Positions 1 to 7,818 of a stretch of 32,000 nucleotides of DNA are shown here, piece by piece; the first letter of the stretch is position 1; each line of letters begins with the position of its first letter. The notes beneath the pieces were generated by a model. The model was not told where the DNA came from. It was given only the letters and a program-made list of their open reading frames with translations, and made no database searches. The stretch is from positions 120,001 to 152,000 of the forward strand of contig CP064995.1 in assembly GCA_016700015.1 (NCBI GenBank). The letters run 5' to 3'. A program made the position numbers and the translations under genes. The DNA is from Candidatus Saccharimonadota bacterium (GTDB lineage Bacteria > Patescibacteriota > Saccharimonadia > Saccharimonadales > Saccharimonadaceae).

Positions 1-13
1 AACAGCCGCTGAC

Positions 14-790
14 GTGGTGTTACTGCCAGTAGTTCCTTTTAAGCTGACGCGCTCACTTGCTGCGGCGGCGCTTGATATGGCTGCATTTGGCTCAGAGACG
101 GTTATACGCGTGCTTCCAAACGGCCTTCGCGAAACGATTGTAGAAGCATTCCCAACCGTCGATGCCAACGAACTATATGTTAGGGTGCTGGACCGAATAC
201 AGAGTTACGCAAGGCGGGGTGATACCGAAAGTAGCACCGACCCTTATGAGCGTATTAAGACGTCTGTCCAAACATTTGAACTCGAAACAGGGAAAACAGT
301 GACAATGCGAGCGCCGCAAGAATCTGACCGATTGGCACTTGAATCGCTGTACTTAACTATGAGCGATGATGACAGGTACACTCGATTTTTTGGCGGTATG
401 TCACCACAGTCGGCACGTGATAGCGGTATGAAATGCTCATCGCTGACGGATCCAAACTGTGCGAGCGATATTGTGATTGTCGATGGAGATGGAACGGTAG
501 GCGGTCATGCCGGGTATGTAATTTATGATGACGGACTAGCATCGCTACATATTGTGGTTCGTCCCGAATACCGTAAAGCCACGCAGACGGGCGGCAGGAT
601 GCCACAGATTATGTTCGAACAGGTAATCGCAACTGCTATGCTCGATGAGCGTACATGCAAAATTGTTGCCGAAACCTTATTCCAAAATAATGGCATCAAT
701 AAACTTGTTGGCGCGACGATGGGTACGCATGAAGGCTTTCAGCGCTCAAGTGAGTACGGCTATCTGGAAAACGAGCTTCCTGTTCGATAG
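14..790 (+). CDS. GNAT-family (Pat-like) N-acetyltransferase domain protein; possibly 5'-truncated by the window edge
   Basis: The C-terminal ~160 aa look like a GNAT fold. The segment TMRAPQESDRLALESLYLTMSDDDRYTRFFGG resembles the LSxExxYxRFF signature of Pat-type protein acetyltransferases, followed by IVIVDGDGTVGGHAGYVIY and LHIVVRPEYR. The reading frame is open from position 2, so the true start may lie outside the window. In-window candidates are GTG 14 or ATG 77. The stop is TAG at 788-790. Confidence 0.6.
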   Translation: MVLLPVVPFKLTRSLAAAALDMAAFGSETVIRVLPNGLRETIVEAFPTVDANELYVRVLDRIQSYARRGDTESSTDPYERIKTSVQTFELETGKTVTMRAPQESDRLALESLYLTMSDDDRYTRFFGGMSPQSARDSGMKCSSLTDPNCASDIVIVDGDGTVGGHAGYVIYDDGLASLHIVVRPEYRKATQTGGRMPQIMFEQVIATAMLDERTCKIVAETLFQNNGINKLVGATMGTHEGFQRSSEYGYLENELPVR

Positions 791-794
791 ATTT

Positions 795-831
795 CAAAAA
801 AAATCGCACCCTATTTATAGATAGGGTGCGA
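795..831 (-). terminator. Rho-independent terminator serving the minus-strand surface-protein gene, possibly bidirectional
   Basis: An 11-bp perfect stem, TCGCACCCTAT (804-814) pairing with ATAGGGTGCGA (821-831), encloses a 6-nt loop. On the minus strand the hairpin is followed by a run of eight T (the A8 tract at 796-803 on the + strand). It lies between the convergent genes ending at 790 and 852. Confidence 0.8.
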
Positions 832-851
832 GCGGGCAAAAGCCTGGAGTT

Positions 852-3134
852 CTAGTCGCCTTGCTTGCGTGGCTGTGCAAAGTAGACAGCGCCATAGGTG
901 GCAATAGCCGCAATGAGTGCGACGAGCAGGCCGCTGCCAGTGCTACCGGTGTGGGGTAGTTCTACGGGTGTTGGCAGAATTGTTACAGGTGGTACGTAGC
1001 CGCCGCAGCCATTGGCAGCGCTGATGGTTTTTGATTCCTCAAATGACGGGACCGACCAGTAGAGGGAGCCCATTTCGGCATCGAAGTACCAGTATTCATA
1101 GGCGCGGATAGTGTAGGTACCGATTGCAAGAACGGTTGTACGACTTTCGAGTGGGGTTTCTTCACCACCATCTTTGCTAATGGTATACATATACTTCTCG
1201 CTATCGTAAATGACTGTAACTGACTGGGTTTGATCGAGACAGGTCGGAAGCTTCCAGGTAACGGTAGGCATCTCACAAGGCTCGGTAGACTCTTCAAATG
1301 TCCATGTAATCTCAGACGCTTGATCTTCTCCGAAACTATATCCTTCATCAGCAATCGCCGAAACAGTATAGCTGACAGTGCCGTCATCATGGTATGTTGT
1401 ATCGACGTATCCATAGTGGAAGTGGGCATTTGATGGGTCTTTAATAGTAGGAATTTCGATTGTATCGTTTGGTGCGAGTCCGCAGACTGGATTAATAGTC
1501 GGTGCTTCTGGCGCACAGAGAACTCTACTGTCGGGAGCGGTACCGTAGTTGTGGGTCGCCTTGCCATCAGTAAATAGGCTTCCATGAGCAGTTGCGATGA
1601 GCTCGCCGTTGACGATTTCCCAGGTAATTTCCGAAGAGTCTTGCGGCATAATCCAGCTGGCGTTATCTGCACCACATGGGTCGGTAACCTTAGGAGTTTG
1701 TGGAATGTCGATACACGAGAGAAGTGGTATTTCGTACGTCATGGAAGAAATGAGCGTATCGTTGACAATGCCACTACGATACAGTTTTACAACCACGGTC
1801 GAGCCCTGAAGAATACCACCTGCGGTTTCACCCATTTCATAGGTAGTAGTTTGGGCGCCAATCGTGACTGTGTAGTAGTAGCTGAAGCCGTCGTTTGGAT
1901 CACTGATCGTTACGCTGCCCGGCGTGCTACAAGATGGTTGCGTAAGGTTTGGCGCAGGGCAGGTAACTCCGCTATCTTCGGCAAGACCAAAGTCATGTTC
2001 GCGCTCATTGTTAGGGAATGTGTAGTTCACTGTCGTAACCGCAAAAAGATGTACTCCGTCATTCATGGTACGAAGTTCCCATGTATACTCACTTGTGTCT
2101 GTAGGAAGCGGTGTTCCCCAGTAGGCATTTGCTGTGCCACAGGGGTCGACCGGTGCCGGTGGAGTAGGGAGGGTAGCATTACATAGCGTTCCGGAGTCGG
2201 CAGGTAAATCATAAGTAATCGACGAAACTTTCTGGTTATCGACGAGGAAGAAATAACCTGGCTTTGCAGTGTAAACAAGCTGATTTGACGAGTTGATCAC
2301 CCATGTGTATTCAGTAGTCGATCCGGAAGCAGCTATGTTCCACGAAATGTTACCTATGCCACAGGGGTCGGTGGTAGGAGCTGGAGGAGTGGGTGCCTGG
2401 GCTTCCACAGGGCAACTTCCGATCATCACATCCATTGAGGTAGTGTACGTAATTCCTTCATTATGGGCGTCCCCGCTCATTGTGACAGATACCGTATAGG
2501 TGCCGGCAGCAAGGCCTGTAAATACAAAGTCATAAGCGCCGTCGTCAGCGATTGTCTGTGTTTTTGTTTGGCCAGCAACTGTAACGGTATAGGTAATCGA
2601 GTCGTCATACACGTCGTTGGTATTTTCAATATGAACAGTCACAGTGTCGGTTGCGCCTGAGAAGCGAACACAAGGTTGTGCTGTTACGGCCACAGTAGAT
2701 GGTGCGGTAGGGATTTTGCTAATGTCACAGCCGTATTGCCAGAAAATCTGCGCATCCTTATCCCAGTTCATGCCAGCGAAATAGAAGGTTTGTCCATTGT
2801 AAGCATAGTAGAATGGAGGAATAATATCACCCCAAGTTATATGCAGTTTTTTGAGAGTCGGATCCCATACAGGACCAGTGTGATCGCCATGACCGGCTGT
2901 CGGATCAGCCGAGCTTACAGAAATGGTATTTGCATTGTAGGGGTTAGCATCACTAGTAGTAGCATGACACACTTGTACGCTTGTGATTGGATCAGTACCA
3001 GGTAAGGGTGTCGGGTAAGTATCAGTGGCATGTGCTACTGGCATAAGTGGAGAAGCAATTTGTACCAGTTGTGCCACTATCAGCAGCCCGGCTGCAGCAC
3101 CAATGCGAACCCTTTTTGTTAAATTGTGTAACAT
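852..3134 (-). CDS. Large secreted cell-wall-anchored surface protein (LPXTG type) with Cys-bracketed DPCG repeat modules
   Basis: The N-terminus has a signal peptide (KRVRIGAAAGLLIVAQLVQIASPLMPVAHA/TD). The C-terminus has the sorting signal LPHTG, then a hydrophobic stretch (GLLVALIAAIATYGAVYF), then a basic tail (RK). An SD, GGGGAG, lies 9 nt upstream of the ATG on the minus strand. The interior contains Pro-rich linkers (PTPPAPT, PTPPAPV) and repeated modules. Confidence 0.85.
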   Translation of the reverse strand: MLHNLTKRVRIGAAAGLLIVAQLVQIASPLMPVAHATDTYPTPLPGTDPITSVQVCHATTSDANPYNANTISVSSADPTAGHGDHTGPVWDPTLKKLHITWGDIIPPFYYAYNGQTFYFAGMNWDKDAQIFWQYGCDISKIPTAPSTVAVTAQPCVRFSGATDTVTVHIENTNDVYDDSITYTVTVAGQTKTQTIADDGAYDFVFTGLAAGTYTVSVTMSGDAHNEGITYTTSMDVMIGSCPVEAQAPTPPAPTTDPCGIGNISWNIAASGSTTEYTWVINSSNQLVYTAKPGYFFLVDNQKVSSITYDLPADSGTLCNATLPTPPAPVDPCGTANAYWGTPLPTDTSEYTWELRTMNDGVHLFAVTTVNYTFPNNEREHDFGLAEDSGVTCPAPNLTQPSCSTPGSVTISDPNDGFSYYYTVTIGAQTTTYEMGETAGGILQGSTVVVKLYRSGIVNDTLISSMTYEIPLLSCIDIPQTPKVTDPCGADNASWIMPQDSSEITWEIVNGELIATAHGSLFTDGKATHNYGTAPDSRVLCAPEAPTINPVCGLAPNDTIEIPTIKDPSNAHFHYGYVDTTYHDDGTVSYTVSAIADEGYSFGEDQASEITWTFEESTEPCEMPTVTWKLPTCLDQTQSVTVIYDSEKYMYTISKDGGEETPLESRTTVLAIGTYTIRAYEYWYFDAEMGSLYWSVPSFEESKTISAANGCGGYVPPVTILPTPVELPHTGSTGSGLLVALIAAIATYGAVYFAQPRKQGD
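855..959 (-). other. Sortase sorting signal (LPHTG + TM + charged tail)
   Basis: Translates to LPHTGSTGSGLLVALIAAIATYGAVYFAQPRKQGD at the extreme C-terminus. Confidence 0.8.
1275..2375 (-). repeat. Intragenic protein-module repeats (four DPCG/NPVCG-initiated, Cys-terminated modules plus one unrelated Cys-bracketed module)
   Basis: Modules start at aa 254 (TDPCGIGNISW...TEYTW...YDLPADSGTLC) and aa 328 (VDPCGTANAYW...SEYTW...HDFGLAEDSGVTC). Two more start at aa 483 (TDPCGADNASW...SEITW...HNYGTAPDSRVLC) and aa 547 (INPVCGLAPNDT...SEITW...EPC). At the DNA level an identical 13-mer, GCCACAGGGGTCG, occurs at 2136-2148 and 2358-2370, exactly 74 codons apart. Confidence 0.75.
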
Positions 3135-3205
3135 GTAGTATATCTCCCCGTGTACAACACGAAATGTTAATTGCTACATATTTTACATTAAGTCAATAAT
3201 ATTGC

Positions 3206-3224
3206 AATCATAAGCGTTATGATT
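3206..3224. promoter_or_regulatory. Perfect 8-3-8 inverted repeat (AATCATAA-GCG-TTATGATT), candidate operator
   Basis: Read directly from the sequence. The repeat lies 18-36 bp upstream of the -10 box of the VIT transporter gene, overlapping the expected -35 region. The half-sites are AT-rich in the style of Fur/PerR/Zur-type boxes but do not match any consensus exactly. Confidence 0.4.
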
Positions 3225-3241
3225 TTCTGAAGATAAAGAGT

Positions 3242-3247
3242 TATACT
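3242..3247 (+). promoter_or_regulatory. -10 box TATACT, 6 nt upstream of ATG 3254 (leaderless-type arrangement)
   Basis: The sequence gttTATACTggtaacATG has no SD between the box and the start codon. Confidence 0.45.
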
Positions 3248-3253
3248 GGTAAC

Positions 3254-3973
3254 ATGGCAGAATTTGATAACACAAAGTATGATTTACCGTCTGATCAGGC
3301 GGATAGTAGTAAATTAAACAAATTGCGTGCTGCGGTGCTCGGCGCAAACGATGGTATCGTTAGCATTAGCAGCGTAGTGATGGGTGTTGCGGGTGCAACG
3401 AGTGATAGTAAAGCTATCAGCCTGGCTGGTCTAGCGGCACTAGTCGCAGGCGCGCTCAGTATGGCTGTCGGCGAGTATGTCAGCGTCAGTAGCCAGAGCG
3501 ATGCGGAGAAGGCGTATATACGTGAGGAAAAGAAGGACCTCAAAGAAAACGCGGAGTACGAGCTCGACGAGTTGGCGCGCGAATACATGAAGCATGGTGT
3601 TAGTAGTAAGCTTGCTCATCAAGTCGCGAGTGAGTTGACGGCGCGCGATGCGCTCAGGGCGCACCTACGGATGCATTTCAACATGGATCCAGATGAGATT
3701 AATAACCCGTGGCACGCTGCGGTTGCATCATTGATTGCGTTTACCGTGGGGGGGCTAGTGCCATTTTTGACGATTGTATTCATCCCTGAGTCTTGGCGGA
3801 TTGGTGCAACTGTTATTGCAGTGGTCGTGTCGTTGTTTTGTGTCGGGTATCTTAGTGCGACTGCCGGTAATGCCTCAAAAAAGCGAGCAATTACTCGGGT
3901 GATGTTCGGTGGGCTACTGGCAATGGCTGTTACCTATGCAGTTGGCGTTGTATTTGGAACGACTGTTGCCTAG
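3254..3973 (+). CDS. VIT1/CCC1-family iron/manganese transporter
   Basis: LRAAVLGANDGIVSISSVVMGVAGA is the hallmark first TM helix of the VIT family. It is followed by an acidic cytoplasmic loop (EKAYIREEKKDLKENAEYELDELAREY) and three further C-terminal TM helices. Confidence 0.85.
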   Translation: MAEFDNTKYDLPSDQADSSKLNKLRAAVLGANDGIVSISSVVMGVAGATSDSKAISLAGLAALVAGALSMAVGEYVSVSSQSDAEKAYIREEKKDLKENAEYELDELAREYMKHGVSSKLAHQVASELTARDALRAHLRMHFNMDPDEINNPWHAAVASLIAFTVGGLVPFLTIVFIPESWRIGATVIAVVVSLFCVGYLSATAGNASKKRAITRVMFGGLLAMAVTYAVGVVFGTTVA

Positions 3974-4013
3974 GCACTATATCAGTGGCATACTGTAAAC
4001 AAGATTACGAAAA

Positions 4014-4841
4014 GTGGGTGACGAAGGAGGGGTGGTGGATAAACAACAAAAAATTGAAGAGCTACTAGAGGCATTTGGTGGCAATGCGTCTGAGGCTGCA
4101 CTTGCGGTCAGAGGCTATGCTGCCGAACGGTTGCGTCAGCGCGCACACAAACCTCGCCGTAATGTATCAGAAGAGGTGGTGATTCGGATTGACAAGCTCG
4201 TCAAAACGTACAAACTTGGCAAAAACGAAGTGAACGCGCTAAAGGGGGTGTCACTCGATATTCATAAGGGAGAATTTTTAGCACTCACTGGTGCAAGCGG
4301 AAGCGGCAAGAGCACCCTTTTGCAGATGATTGGTGGGCTTGACAAGCCAACTTCTGGTTTGATCGCGATAGACAACACCGAGCTGCAGCGCATGAGCGAC
4401 CGTGATTTGTCACGCTTTCGTAATCAGACAATCGGTTTTGTTTTTCAGTTTTTTTACCTACAACCATTTCTCAAACTAGACAAAAACCTTGAGGTAGCCG
4501 GCATGCCGATGGGAACACCAAAGTCGGCTCGAATTGCTCGCGTCAAAGAGCTGGCTGCCGAGGTGGGCTTGGCGGATAGGTTGAAGCACTACCCCAAAGA
4601 GCTATCTGGTGGTCAAATGCAGCGTGCTGCGATTGCCCGCGCACTGCTCAACAACCCTAAAGTGATTCTGGCCGACGAGCCAACAGGAAACCTCGATAGT
4701 GAAAATGGCAAAGCAATTATTGAATTGTTTGAGAAAATCCGTGATCAGTTTGGGACGACTATCGTCATAGTGACGCACGACAAAGCGATTGCCGCACGGG
4801 CTGATCGCGAAATACGCCTGCAGGACGGAGTGATCGTATGA
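4014..4841 (+). CDS. ABC transporter ATP-binding protein (MacB/LolD/FtsE-like)
   Basis: Walker A is GASGSGKST, the Q-loop is FVFQ, the signature is LSGGQMQR and Walker B is ILADEPTGNLD. An H-loop is present (VTHD). The start is uncertain. A strong SD, GAAGGAGG (4023-4030), favours GTG 4035. The canonical ABC core begins around 4176 (VVIRIDKLVKTY), leaving an unusual N-terminal extension of about 50 aa. Confidence 0.92.
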   Translation: MGDEGGVVDKQQKIEELLEAFGGNASEAALAVRGYAAERLRQRAHKPRRNVSEEVVIRIDKLVKTYKLGKNEVNALKGVSLDIHKGEFLALTGASGSGKSTLLQMIGGLDKPTSGLIAIDNTELQRMSDRDLSRFRNQTIGFVFQFFYLQPFLKLDKNLEVAGMPMGTPKSARIARVKELAAEVGLADRLKHYPKELSGGQMQRAAIARALLNNPKVILADEPTGNLDSENGKAIIELFEKIRDQFGTTIVIVTHDKAIAARADREIRLQDGVIV

Positions 4842-6769
4842 TTGCGATTAATGATGCGACGCTTCTCGCGCTCACAAAGCTCAAAACGCGAAAGGTTCGT
4901 ACCCTGTTCACGATCATTGTGGCCGGGCTGCTGTTTAGTGGGGTTTTTGCGGTATTGCTCATAAGTCAGGGATTTTTCCAAAGTGCCGATGCGTTTTCAA
5001 AACAGGCGATGGTTGGTCGCTATATTGTATCTGCGCAGGATGCGAGCCAGTTCTCGTCTAGCGCGGGTTCTAAGGATTCATCGACAAACCAAGAGCTTGT
5101 TGCAAAGGTAAGAGTAACGTATGAAAAACGTATTGCCGATAAGAAGCGTGAGAGCAAGCGTCTTGGTGTGGAGTATGACCCCGTAACCGAGCGGTCGCCG
5201 CTTATGGATAATCCCGAAAAACCAGGCGAAAAAATGCTTGATCTTGGTAGTAATCTTGCCGTAGAAGCACTGAATGAATTTAACACGATCAACTCACCGG
5301 GTGTGACGATTGATACGCTCAAATCTGTAGCCAAAAGCTATTCTCCTAAGGCAGTCTATGAAACACACACGCTTGCCCCAAAAGACGGTTCGCTGGTTGA
5401 GATGAAGCAGGGCAAGGAAGTGTTTGATACTGATTCCAGGGCATCAAACACGTCACGATATGGCATGGTAAGTGATACAGAACAGATGACGCTTGCAGCA
5501 CAACCGCTTATTGATCTTTACATGCTAAAAAATAATAGCTGGGAACCAGACAGTGGGCATATACCTGTGGTGGTGACAGAAAAACGTGCATCGACACTAC
5601 TTGGCTATGCTGCGCCAAAAGCAGACGCTCCTGCGTCTGATCGACTCAACTATGCGCGCGAGCTCAAAAAACGTGCCGTTGGACTGACATTTGCCATGTG
5701 TTATCGTAACTCAGCGAGCCAAATGCAAATTTCACAGGCCGTATCGACAGCAAAAGAAATTTCCGCCAACAAGAACAACAAAAACTATGTCAAACCATCA
5801 CTCATTTACGGCACCCCAGACCCTGCAAGCTGTGCGCCCGCTCCGGTCGTTGCCGATACGCGCAGTGCGGATGAGAAATCCTATACAAACAAAGAAAACG
5901 AATTCAAGCGTCTGTTTAACGAGCCGGTGGATCCGATGCAGCGCAAAGTTACGTTTGAAGTGGTTGGTGTTGCGCCAAATAGCTTTGCTGATACGATGAG
6001 CGACGGAAACTTTTCGATCGGAGTGGGGCAAATGCTTTCGAGCATGCTGGCATCAGAGACATTTCGTTTCGCAATTCCGCAGGAACTTTATAACACGATG
6101 AGCGACAAGGATACATACGCTGATATTCTGTCGCAGCAAAATCAATCTGATTTCGGGATGGTCCCGCAATTGTATGCGGAGTTTAGTAGCCCGGATAATG
6201 CGAAAGCCTTTATGAATAAAGAAGGGTGTAGCTTTGGGATGACCGGTCAGTGTGAACCAGCGGATAAAAAATTTATGCTGGCACCATTTGGCAGCAACAG
6301 TCTTGCCATTGATGATGCGAAGCGAGTTATTGATAACGTGATTGTGGTCTTTACGCTCATTGTGATGGCGATTGCCGGCCTAATTGCGGGCCTTACGATT
6401 GGCCGTACGATTGCCGATGGGCGTCGTGAGACGGCGGTGTTCCGAGCCATAGGTTTCAAGCGTCTCGACATTTCGCAGGTGTACATCACCTATACCTTGC
6501 TGCTATGTATGGGCATCATACTGATATCGTTTGGTATAGGATATGGTGTTGCGCTACTTGTTGATAGTCTCAACTGGGTCGGCGCCACAGTGACTGCGCA
6601 AATATCACTTGGTGCCACCGATAGCCAGCAGCAGTTCCGATTTGTTGGTATGTCGAGCAAGCTGCTATGGGTAGTGGCTGCGATAGTTGCTTCTGGGCTG
6701 CTTGGGATGATGCTCCCCTTGATTCGTAATGTGCGACGTAGTCCCATTCGCGACATGCGCGACGAATAA
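4838..6769 (+). CDS. ABC transporter permease, FtsX/MacB type (4 TM) with a very large extracytoplasmic domain
   Basis: Its start overlaps the ATPase stop in an ATGA overlap. TM1 is TLFTIIVAGLLFSGVFAVLLI, followed by a soluble segment of about 460 aa. A C-terminal FtsX-type three-helix bundle follows (VIVVFTLIVMAIAGLIAGLTI, ITYTLLLCMGIILISFGIGYGVALL, LLWVVAAIVASGLLGMMLPLI). Confidence 0.85.
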   Translation: MIAINDATLLALTKLKTRKVRTLFTIIVAGLLFSGVFAVLLISQGFFQSADAFSKQAMVGRYIVSAQDASQFSSSAGSKDSSTNQELVAKVRVTYEKRIADKKRESKRLGVEYDPVTERSPLMDNPEKPGEKMLDLGSNLAVEALNEFNTINSPGVTIDTLKSVAKSYSPKAVYETHTLAPKDGSLVEMKQGKEVFDTDSRASNTSRYGMVSDTEQMTLAAQPLIDLYMLKNNSWEPDSGHIPVVVTEKRASTLLGYAAPKADAPASDRLNYARELKKRAVGLTFAMCYRNSASQMQISQAVSTAKEISANKNNKNYVKPSLIYGTPDPASCAPAPVVADTRSADEKSYTNKENEFKRLFNEPVDPMQRKVTFEVVGVAPNSFADTMSDGNFSIGVGQMLSSMLASETFRFAIPQELYNTMSDKDTYADILSQQNQSDFGMVPQLYAEFSSPDNAKAFMNKEGCSFGMTGQCEPADKKFMLAPFGSNSLAIDDAKRVIDNVIVVFTLIVMAIAGLIAGLTIGRTIADGRRETAVFRAIGFKRLDISQVYITYTLLLCMGIILISFGIGYGVALLVDSLNWVGATVTAQISLGATDSQQQFRFVGMSSKLLWVVAAIVASGLLGMMLPLIRNVRRSPIRDMRDE

Positions 6770-6771
6770 GC

Positions 6772-6777
6772 TACAAT
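6772..6777 (+). promoter_or_regulatory. -10 box TACAAT, 6 nt upstream of ATG 6784
   Basis: The sequence gcTACAATgagcatATG has no SD. Confidence 0.35.
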
Positions 6778-6783
6778 GAGCAT

Positions 6784-7785
6784 ATGACGAGGGCGTTATG
6801 CGGTGTGAATTTGGGTGGCTGGCTGGTGCTTGAGCGCTGGATGACGCCAAGCTTGTTTGAAGGTACCAGCGCAGTTGATGAATATACCTTTATGCAAACT
6901 CCTGGCGCACGCGAAAAAATACGCCATCATCAGAAAACATTCATTACCGAAGCAGATTGGCACTGGATGGCGGCAAACGGTATAGAGGCGGTACGAATCC
7001 CTGTTGGCTACTGGATTTTAGAAGGCGAAGCGCCCTATGTATCGAGTATTGGTAGGCTTGACTGGGCGTTTACGATGGCCGCCAAATATCGCATCAAACT
7101 CCTGCTTTGTCTGCACGGTGCGCCAGGTGGTCAAAATGGTCGCGACCACAGCGGGCGGATTGGGCGAGTTGACTGGTACCGTACCAGGCAGCTTCGTATG
7201 CAGACAATCGACATCCTTGAAGAGCTAGCTCATCGCTACAGGGATGAACCGGAATTTTGGGGCTTAGAACTACTGAACGAGCCTCGTCCGGGACTACTAC
7301 AATGGAAGTTACGACTGTTCTATAACCAGGCGTATCGACGACTGCGTAGCATACTTCGCCCAACAACCCAGATTGTTTTCCACGACGCTTTCACGCCGCG
7401 GTTACTTAGCGGTGCAATTATTGGTGCACTACGAAATCGAGTGACAATGGATATTCACTGGTACCATTTCACGTTTTGGGCACACAAGTGGCTACCGCTG
7501 CGCTACTACTATCCACTGGTACATTGGCATGGTCGATTAATCATTGCCCTACGGTGCTGGCAGAATGTGATTGTTGGCGAGTGGAACGGCATTATAGCTG
7601 GAGAGATTCTTGATAAAGTCCCAACGTCTGGACATGCTGCAGTTGTGCGCGAACATGTACGACGACAGCTGCAAGCATATGCGACAGCCGATGCTTGGTT
7701 TTATTGGAGTTACAAAACTGATGATCGAGGTGTTTATCATTTTCGTTCAATGATTGAAGACGGTGAAATTGTTATTGGTAACTAG
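6784..7785 (+). CDS. Glycoside hydrolase family 5 (exo-beta-1,3-glucanase-like); no signal peptide
   Basis: The N-terminal GVNLGGWLVLERWMTPSLF is the classic GH5 glucan 1,3-beta-glucosidase motif. Candidate catalytic residues are the acid/base in LELLNEP and the nucleophile in VIVGEWNG. Confidence 0.8.
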   Translation: MTRALCGVNLGGWLVLERWMTPSLFEGTSAVDEYTFMQTPGAREKIRHHQKTFITEADWHWMAANGIEAVRIPVGYWILEGEAPYVSSIGRLDWAFTMAAKYRIKLLLCLHGAPGGQNGRDHSGRIGRVDWYRTRQLRMQTIDILEELAHRYRDEPEFWGLELLNEPRPGLLQWKLRLFYNQAYRRLRSILRPTTQIVFHDAFTPRLLSGAIIGALRNRVTMDIHWYHFTFWAHKWLPLRYYYPLVHWHGRLIIALRCWQNVIVGEWNGIIAGEILDKVPTSGHAAVVREHVRRQLQAYATADAWFYWSYKTDDRGVYHFRSMIEDGEIVIGN

Positions 7786-7805
7786 TGGCTGTTCGCTGTA
7801 TCTGT

Positions 7806-7811
7806 TATAAT
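7806..7811 (+). promoter_or_regulatory. Extended -10 box TGtTATAAT, 7 nt upstream of ATG 7819
   Basis: The sequence ctgtTATAATacataaaATG has no SD. Confidence 0.5.
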
Positions 7812-7818
7812 ACATAAA

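Noticed and set aside
983-2186. Long alternative-frame and antisense ORFs inside the LPHTG protein gene (983-1675 on the minus strand, 1584-2186 on the plus strand, and smaller ones).
   Set aside because: They are fully nested in a gene with a strong signal peptide, repeat structure and sorting signal. Their translations are Arg/Cys/Ser-rich with no domain features.
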